Positions 58,279 to 64,000 of a stretch of 64,000 nucleotides of DNA are shown one piece after another. The stretch covers positions 6,951 to 70,950 of the forward strand of contig JAYZFK010000082.1 of NCBI GenBank assembly GCA_036336835.1. The letters are read 5' to 3'. Every line of letters begins with the position of its first letter. Position 1 is the stretch's first letter. Both the position numbers and the translations under genes were made by a program. The notes under the pieces are model-generated. The model did not search any database, was not told the DNA's origin, and was given only the letters and a program-made list of their open reading frames with translations. The stretch is from Myxococcota bacterium (lineage in GTDB: Bacteria; Myxococcota_A; UBA9160; UBA4427).

Positions 58279-60641
58279 GCGAGCCGCGCACGGTCGTTGC
58301 GGCTGCGTGCGGAGTGGGGCTCGCGCTGCTGCTCGCATCCGGGGCGGCTGCGGACGCTGTGGCGCCCGTCTTGGATCGGGAGCTTCCCGATCTCGATCGC
58401 GGCCTGCCGGCAGTGCTCGACCTCGACTCCGGCGGGCTGGCGCTGGCGCAGCAGCCCGCGGCCTTCGCGAACGTGGAAGAGTACAAGGCGGCGCTCGCTC
58501 GGCTCGGCGACCTGGCCTATGACGACGTGCAGGGAGGGCTGCTCTTCCTCGCCGCGGGCTTCGCGCTGCCGCTCGGCACCGCAAAGCCGGGCGAAGCCGA
58601 GCTTCTCGAACTGTCCGAGCGACTCGAGCCGCGCGTGTTCCTGCGCGGTTCCGAGCTCGCACCGGGCTCGTGGTTCGCCGTGCGCACGCGCGCCGGCAAG
58701 CTCTCGCTGGCGCTCGTCGTGACACGAACCCGGGAGGCGATTCGCCTGCGCTGGTCTGCGCCGCGCAGCGCGCAAGCGCCCGTTCGAACTGCCGGGGTCG
58801 ATGCGATCGCGGCGGTCCCGACCGCACGGCTGTCCAGTGCGTTGCTCCCGCCGCTCGGCGAGGCGCCCGAGTCGGTGCTGCGCCTCGCCACCGGCGGGCT
58901 CGTTGCCGGCCCGGCGCTGCCGGAGCCATTCCTGCCGCGGGAGCTGGGTGCGCTGGTGGACGCGGTCGGACGCAAGGGGGATCTCGCCTACTTCCGCTTG
59001 CGCTCCGGCATGCTGATCGTTGCCGCCGGCAAGCTGGCACAGCTGGGGACCGGCCCTGTGGCGGCGCTGGCAGGCCGAGATCTGCGGCCCCGGCTGCGCG
59101 AGCGTTCGACGGTTGCATCGAACGCGCTGATACCGGGGAGCGTGCTGCTGGTGGAGACGACCCGCGGACAGCACGCGCTCGTGCGTGTCGATGCCGTCGA
59201 GCCGGAGGGGCTTCGCGTGACCTGGCTGCTGCAGTCCGATGGGAGCGCCGTCTTCCGCGACCTGGCCGCCTTCGACGCGACCTTCGAGATTGCGGACCCG
59301 AAAGTGCTCGACCGGCTGTTGCTTGCCGCCGCCGCGCGCGGAGACTCCGCCGCGCTTCGGCGCCTGCTCGCGCTCGGCGCGGACGCGAATGCCACCCGGG
59401 GCCGCGATGCACGGCCGGCACTGGTTCTCGCGGTGATCGACGGTGACGTCAGTGCGGTTGCCGTGTTGCTCGAGGCCGGTGCCGACCCTGCGGGCGCCGG
59501 CAGCCTCGGCTGGAACGCGCTGCAGGTGGCTGCGCAGCTCGGGCGGGTCGAGCTGGTCGAGGCGCTGCTCGGCGCCGGCGCGGACCCACAGACGCGCACG
59601 CCAGAGGGCAAGGACGCTCTGCAGCTCGCGCTCGACTCGCCGCGGCAGAGCCTCGCGCTCATCCGGTTGCTACGCCGCCACAGCGAGACCCCCGACTCGC
59701 TGGCTCTGGCGGCGCGCGTCGGCGATCTGGCCGCCCTCGGCGCACTGCTCGCAGACGGTGCCGCGGTGGATCTGCCGCGCGAGGACGGGCAGACGGCCCT
59801 CCAGGTCGCGGCGGCGGCGGGCCAGCCGGCGGCGGTTCGCATCCTGCTGGCGGCGGGTGCCGATCCAGGTATCGAGTCCGAGGCTGGCGACTCGGCGTTG
59901 CTGGCAGCAGTGGCCGCGGGCCAGGTCGAGACGGCAGCGCTGCTGATCGAGCACGGCGGGGTTTCCGACGCGCAGATGAACGCTGCGCTCTACCGAGCCA
60001 ACGAGAACGGCTCACCGGAGCTGGTCGGGGGCCTGCTGCGCGGCGGCGCGGACGCCGGGCGCGACCAGGGCAAGGGTCTGAGCCCGCTCGACCATGTGCT
60101 TCAGTACGGCAGCGAGTCCGTCGTCGCGGTCTACCTCGAGAACGGATACGCACTCAGCGCGGCGGCAGCCGCGCGGCTCGGGCTGGTAGAGCAACTCACC
60201 ACCTTGCTGGAGCAAGGAGTCGCGCCGAACGAAGCCAGCGCCGATGGCCGCGTGCCGCTGCAGCACGCGATCGAGAACGATCAGATCGATGCTCTTCGGG
60301 TGCTGCTCGATCACGGCGTCGCTGCGGACGCGCCGCTTCCGACCTGGGATCGGCGCTCACCGCTCCACGAGGCCGCCGCACGTGCCGATGTCGACGTGGT
60401 CGCCCTGCTGCTCGACCGCGGGGCCGATGCGAACCAGCTCGATCGGGTCGGTCGCAGCCCGCTCTACGACGCCGTCGCTCACGGACGCGAGGACTCGGTG
60501 CGGGTGCTGCTCGAGCACGGCGCCGACCCCAACCTGGCGCCAGCGGGCGAGGCGCTGATCGACATGACGTCGCGCGAATCGATGCGGACGTTGCTGGCGA
60601 GCCACGGCGCACACTCCTCGGAGGCATCACCGCCCGATTGA
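58275..60641 (+). CDS. Exported ankyrin-repeat protein with a duplicated N-terminal domain
   Basis: ATGA overlap with the upstream gene. Signal peptide is VVAAACGVGLALLLASGAAADA. Roughly ten ANK repeats run from about 59307 (motifs such as LLxxGADxN and TALQVAA). Confidence 0.85.
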   Translation: MSEPRTVVAAACGVGLALLLASGAAADAVAPVLDRELPDLDRGLPAVLDLDSGGLALAQQPAAFANVEEYKAALARLGDLAYDDVQGGLLFLAAGFALPLGTAKPGEAELLELSERLEPRVFLRGSELAPGSWFAVRTRAGKLSLALVVTRTREAIRLRWSAPRSAQAPVRTAGVDAIAAVPTARLSSALLPPLGEAPESVLRLATGGLVAGPALPEPFLPRELGALVDAVGRKGDLAYFRLRSGMLIVAAGKLAQLGTGPVAALAGRDLRPRLRERSTVASNALIPGSVLLVETTRGQHALVRVDAVEPEGLRVTWLLQSDGSAVFRDLAAFDATFEIADPKVLDRLLLAAAARGDSAALRRLLALGADANATRGRDARPALVLAVIDGDVSAVAVLLEAGADPAGAGSLGWNALQVAAQLGRVELVEALLGAGADPQTRTPEGKDALQLALDSPRQSLALIRLLRRHSETPDSLALAARVGDLAALGALLADGAAVDLPREDGQTALQVAAAAGQPAAVRILLAAGADPGIESEAGDSALLAAVAAGQVETAALLIEHGGVSDAQMNAALYRANENGSPELVGGLLRGGADAGRDQGKGLSPLDHVLQYGSESVVAVYLENGYALSAAAAARLGLVEQLTTLLEQGVAPNEASADGRVPLQHAIENDQIDALRVLLDHGVAADAPLPTWDRRSPLHEAAARADVDVVALLLDRGADANQLDRVGRSPLYDAVAHGREDSVRVLLEHGADPNLAPAGEALIDMTSRESMRTLLASHGAHSSEASPPD

Positions 60642-60653
60642 GCGAGCTGGGCT

Positions 60654-60690
60654 GGCGCGGGCACCCAGCGGTCTCCCGCGCCGATTCTTC
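60654..60690 (+). terminator. Possible intrinsic terminator after the ankyrin gene
   Basis: 8-bp stem GGCGCGGG / CCCGCGCC with a 13-nt loop, followed by GATTCTTC. Confidence 0.4.
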
Positions 60691-60899
60691 CAGCGAGTCA
60701 GCGGACTCGTCGATCGATCTGGCAGGGGCTCAGGGCGCGGTTCTGGCGGAGCGGCAGAAGGCAGTGGTACGCGTCAGCGTGAGCACGTTTACCATGCTAG
60801 GCGGCGGCCAGCGTAGTCCCAGTTCGGCGCGCGGAGCCCTAGCACGGCGACCGTTCGCGGGATTTGCATCCGCCGCACTGACATTCTGGGAAGAGAAGA

Positions 60900-60976
60900 T
60901 GGTAGCGGTGGCTGGACTTGAACCAGCGACCTACGGCTTATGAAGCCGTCGCTCTAACCGACTGAGCTACACCGCC
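60900..60976 (-). tRNA. tRNA with CAU anticodon (elongator Met or lysidine-dependent Ile2), CCA encoded
   Basis: The minus strand reads GGCGGTG TA GCTC AGTCGGTTA GAGC G ACGGC TTCATAA GCCGT AGGTC GCTGG TTCAAGT CCAGC CACCGCT A CCA, a full cloverleaf. It has no initiator features (no 3-GC anticodon stem, no C1-A72). Confidence 0.9.
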
Positions 60977-61050
60977 CTGATCCTCGCGGGCGCGCAGTCT
61001 AGCGCAGCACCTCGCGTCACGATCCGGGCTGTTTGCTGCCCGGGCTTGCT

Positions 61051-61686
61051 TCACGAGTCGCTCGGGCGTTGGGCTTGCTTGAGGGCCTTGTTGGCGTCGT
61101 CCAGATCACGGCGCAGCTCGCGCGACTCGCGCTCGAGGGCATCGACGCGGCGGCGCAGCTTGTCGACTGACGGGCGCGCACGTTCAGAGCCGGGGCCGGC
61201 CGCAACCGCAGTGTCGTCGAAGTCGCTGACGGCGAAACGGGAGACCTTGCCGACCAGCTCGTCGAGATCGGGGATCACGTCTCCGATGCTGCCCGAGTGA
61301 ACGAATATCTCACGCAGGGGCTCGCCCTGCTCGCCGTCTGCGGTGGAGGCGGCCTGCATATCGAGGCTGGCTCCCTGACCGAACCGGGTGAACGAACCGA
61401 ACAGCACGAAGCCAGCGCCGACCTCACGGCCGGTGGCGAGGGCTTCCGCAAGGATCGTCGTGGCCTTGGCGGGGTCGCCGATGCGGATCACCTCGAATAC
61501 GCCAGCCTGCTCGAGACGCGACACCAGCATGTCGGCGAGGCCGGCGCGCAGATACGCGGGATCCTCCGCGCTGTGTACCACCACCGGTACGAGCGCGATC
61601 TTGGGCTTGGTCTCCTGCTGAGCCGCGCCCGCCGACGCGACCAGCAGCAGCACGGTGAGGGCGATGCGTCCGGTGCAGCGCGACAA
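61051..61686 (-). CDS. Exported hypothetical protein with a C-terminal coiled coil
   Basis: TTG start at 61686, 5 nt after AAGGAGA. Signal peptide is SRCTGRIALTVLLLVASAGAAQ. The N-domain KIALVPVVVHSAEDPAYLRAGLADMLVSRLEQ is vaguely LpoB/CsgG-like. The tail is a charged heptad. Confidence 0.65.
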   Translation of the reverse strand: MSRCTGRIALTVLLLVASAGAAQQETKPKIALVPVVVHSAEDPAYLRAGLADMLVSRLEQAGVFEVIRIGDPAKATTILAEALATGREVGAGFVLFGSFTRFGQGASLDMQAASTADGEQGEPLREIFVHSGSIGDVIPDLDELVGKVSRFAVSDFDDTAVAAGPGSERARPSVDKLRRRVDALERESRELRRDLDDANKALKQAQRPSDS

Positions 61687-61744
61687 CCGATCTCCTTTGC
61701 GGACGACCGCGGGCGGCCGAGCATCCGTCAATCCCTCTGGGGCG

Positions 61745-63349
61745 TCAAGCGGATGGATCGTCGGTTGCCGCCGGGAGCCGAACCTCGACCGTGGAGCCCT
61801 GCCCGACCGCACTGCGTGCACTGACCGTGCCGCCGTGCTGGCGGGCGATCTGTTGCGCCACGATCAGGCTGGGCCGCGCCACGGCCTCTTCGAGCCTGAG
61901 CTTCGGCTCGAAGACCTGCTGGAGCTCATCGGGTTGCATGCCCGGACCGGCGTCGACGATCTCGATCCAGGCACCGTCGCCGGACTCGTCGGGATCGGGA
62001 GCGATGCGGAGCAGGACGCGCTCACCGGCAGGTGTCGCGTCGATGGCGTTCAAGGTCAGTCCGACCAGCATCTGCTCGAGCAGTGCCCGCTGGCCGATCA
62101 CCTTGGGTGTCGCGGGATCGGCTTCGACAGCTACCTCGATCGAGGCAGCCGCGGCCGTGCCTTCGACCAGCGACGCGATCTCCCGCGCGATCTCGAGGAG
62201 GTCGATCGTGCCGACGCTTCCAGCCTCGGGCTGGGTCTCCCCCAGCGCAAGCAGTCCGGCCAGCTGCTTTCGCACTCCTTCGAGCTCGAAGCCTGCATCG
62301 CCGGCCACGCTCTCGAGCCGCGCCAGGGGCTCCTCGAGCGCGCGCGCAACGCCGAGCGACAGCCGTCCCAGGATCCCCAGGCGATCGGCACGCTGGAGCT
62401 GCTCGTGCGAGCTGCGCAGTGCGACCGCGGTTCGGGCTTTCTCGAGCGCGATGACGGCCTGGGTCGACAGGCCATCGAGCAGCGTTCGGTCGTCGGCGCC
62501 GAACCGCCGCCCGCCACTTCGATTGTCGATCGCGATGGCACCGATCACGCCGGCTTCGCCAGCGAGCGGGACGATCACCAGCTCCTCGGCCGACACCTCG
62601 GAGATCCACTGGCGGATCGGAGCCTCGAGCCCGCTCATCTGATCGACGCGAAAGGCCTGGGCCACGCCGCCTTCGAGCCGTTCGAAGAAATCGGGTGCTC
62701 CTGCTCTGCTCAGCTCGATGGCTCTCAGCCGCTCCGCCACCTCGTCTCGTGGCACTGCGGCCGCCCAGCGGAGCGCGCTGCGATCGGGAGTGAAGAAGAG
62801 CACCGCGGCAGCGTCGAGACCGAGCTCGCTGTGGGCCGCGTCGATCAGCAGCCGCACTACTCGATCGGGATCGATCTCACGGTGCAGGGTTCGCGAGAGC
62901 CAGTTCAGGAACGTCAGCTCGTCGACCAACGCACCGCGCTCCCGGTCGAGCGCATAGCGTTCGATCGCGCGGCGTAGGGTGAGCGCCATCTGGTCCGGGT
63001 CCCAGGGCTTGGCGACGTAGCGGTAGATGCGACCATCGTTGATCGCCGCCCCCAGGGTCTCGGCGTCACCGTAGGCGGTCACCAGGATCCGCACGGCCTG
63101 GTCGTCGAGCTCGCGCACCCGACTCAGGAATTCGACGCCCGTCATACCCGGCATTTTCTGGTCGGACAGCACGACCGCGACCGGATTGTCGTTGAGCAGA
63201 CGCATTCCCTCCTCGGCGCTCTGCGCGGTCAGCACCGAAAAGTCGCGCCGGAAGGTCAGCTCGAAGACCCTCAGATTCGCGGCCTCGTCATCGACGTAGA
63301 GGATCGGGAACTCGCGCGAGTCGTGGGCGCTGATGGGCCTGGGCTTCAC
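61745..63349 (-). CDS. Receiver-GAF-histidine-kinase-like protein (H-box and G2 box degenerate)
   Basis: GTG at 63349 overlaps the upstream kinase stop as GTGA. REC domain has ILYVDDE...VVLSDQKMPGMTG...KPW. A GAF region follows, then a DHp-like GVARALEEPL. The HATPase has an N-box and DAGPG but no GxGLG. Confidence 0.85.
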   Translation of the reverse strand: MKPRPISAHDSREFPILYVDDEAANLRVFELTFRRDFSVLTAQSAEEGMRLLNDNPVAVVLSDQKMPGMTGVEFLSRVRELDDQAVRILVTAYGDAETLGAAINDGRIYRYVAKPWDPDQMALTLRRAIERYALDRERGALVDELTFLNWLSRTLHREIDPDRVVRLLIDAAHSELGLDAAAVLFFTPDRSALRWAAAVPRDEVAERLRAIELSRAGAPDFFERLEGGVAQAFRVDQMSGLEAPIRQWISEVSAEELVIVPLAGEAGVIGAIAIDNRSGGRRFGADDRTLLDGLSTQAVIALEKARTAVALRSSHEQLQRADRLGILGRLSLGVARALEEPLARLESVAGDAGFELEGVRKQLAGLLALGETQPEAGSVGTIDLLEIAREIASLVEGTAAAASIEVAVEADPATPKVIGQRALLEQMLVGLTLNAIDATPAGERVLLRIAPDPDESGDGAWIEIVDAGPGMQPDELQQVFEPKLRLEEAVARPSLIVAQQIARQHGGTVSARSAVGQGSTVEVRLPAATDDPSA

Positions 63350-64000
63350 GTGGTGCTCCCCGCGGCGTCCGCGATTGGCAGAGTCAATGTGAAGCAGCTG
63401 CCCTCCCCCACGCGCGACTCCACCGCGAGCCGTCCGCCATGGGAATCTGCAATCCGGCGGCACATCGAAAGCCCAAGACCCGAGCCCTGCCCCGCCGCCT
63501 TGGTCGTGAAGAATGGATCGAACAGGTGCGGGCGCACGTCGTCCGCGATGCCCACACCGTTGTCGCGCACCTCGACCTCGAGCTCTCCGCCGTGTTCGCG
63601 GACTGCCACCGTGATCGTGCCTCCACGCCCTTCCATCGCTTCGGCCGCGTTCTTGACCAGATTGAGCAAAAGCTGGTTCAGGGCACCTCCATCGCCGTGG
63701 ACGGTCTGGAGCGCATCCGGGAGCTCCAGCGAGAGCTCCACGCCAGCTTTCTCGAGATCGTGGCGCATCAGCAGCCCGGTGGATCGAATGCCGTCGCACA
63801 GATCGACCGGGCCGCTCTCTCCGGCGCCCGGGGCTGCGAAGTCACGCAGCTGGCTCACCAGCCGTTGCGTCCGCTCGAGCCCGGCGCTCACGATACCCGA
63901 GAGCTCGACCACGGTTGCACCGAGATCGTCGGAACAGGTCGACTCGACCCGCTCGCGCGGCGCTGCACCGCGGGTCTCGAGCTCGGCACCATCATCGAGA
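63346..64000 (-). CDS. Sensor histidine kinase, C-terminal part (5' end lies outside the window)
   Basis: Complete HATPase_c: N-box LLLNLVKNAAEAM, G1 VRDNGVGI, F-box FDPFFTTK and G2 GSGLGLSM. The frame stays open to the window edge. Confidence 0.85.
   Translation of the reverse strand, partial: LDDGAELETRGAAPRERVESTCSDDLGATVVELSGIVSAGLERTQRLVSQLRDFAAPGAGESGPVDLCDGIRSTGLLMRHDLEKAGVELSLELPDALQTVHGDGGALNQLLLNLVKNAAEAMEGRGGTITVAVREHGGELEVEVRDNGVGIADDVRPHLFDPFFTTKAAGQGSGLGLSMCRRIADSHGGRLAVESRVGEGSCFTLTLPIADAAGSTT

Noticed and set aside
56164-59421. 1085-aa minus-strand ORF spanning the hydrolase and ankyrin genes, and the related 58206-59174 ORF.
   Set aside because: The composition is dominated by Arg, Ala and Pro, with no domain signatures. 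The plus-strand frames have signal peptides, a GxSxG core and ANK repeats, and they are chained by ATGA overlaps.
54987-60976. A genomic island integrated at the tRNA-CAU gene.
   Set aside because: There is no integrase, transposase or phage gene, and I could find no direct repeat of the tRNA 3' end in the window. The island idea remains only a check suggested in the findings.
61024-61043. The hairpin CCGGGC-N8-GCCCGG just downstream of the 61051 gene, as an intrinsic terminator.
   Set aside because: The stem is short at 6 bp and there is no U-tract in the minus-strand orientation. That is too weak to annotate.

Overview
This is a very GC-rich bacterial chromosomal segment. I found no rRNA, CRISPR array, transposase, integrase or phage genes.

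**1-37,610: core housekeeping.** Almost everything is on the minus strand.
- Genes: dnaE (5' part), guaA, guaB, miaB, a MoxR/VWA pair and ribBA.
- A B12 acyl-CoA mutase cluster follows: MerR regulator, IcmF, methylmalonyl-CoA mutase and MeaB, with an MglA-type small GTPase at its tail.
- Then comes a long co-directional array, often joined by 4-nt start/stop overlaps: tilS, ftsH, folP, cdaA, cdaR, glmM, a pdxJ-like gene, nnr, tsaE, lysC, comEA, yihY, a cysteine desulfurase, mnmA, rnc, a membrane protein and era.

**37,865-60,700: accessory-looking region.**
1. An operon of three uncharacterised proteins: an exported beta-rich protein, an exported Ig-like/dockerin-like protein, and a protein built from two about 60-aa repeats.
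2. A lipid and acyl-CoA tailoring neighbourhood: hotdog dehydratases, an acyl-CoA ligase, a Cys-type sulfatase, an amidohydrolase, SDRs, a P450, a beta-lactamase-family hydrolase and a GT-C glycosyltransferase.
3. A tightly coupled three-gene exported module: a small protein with an IPTL/PEP-CTERM-like tail, a large GxSxG alpha/beta-hydrolase and a signal-peptide ankyrin-repeat protein. It lies next to a tRNA-CAU gene.

**Window end.** It carries a histidine kinase coupled to a REC-GAF protein whose kinase module looks catalytically degenerate.

**Best candidates for something undescribed:**
- the exported hydrolase/ankyrin/sorting-tail module (about 55.15-60.69 kb)
- the three-gene operon at 37.87-40.58 kb
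- an orphan promoter-plus-terminator unit at 6.42-6.65 kb, which looks like a GGA-repeat small RNA

All functional calls rest on motif recognition in the supplied translations; no database search was possible. Many long ORFs in the track are antisense or out-of-frame artefacts of the high GC content and were discarded.
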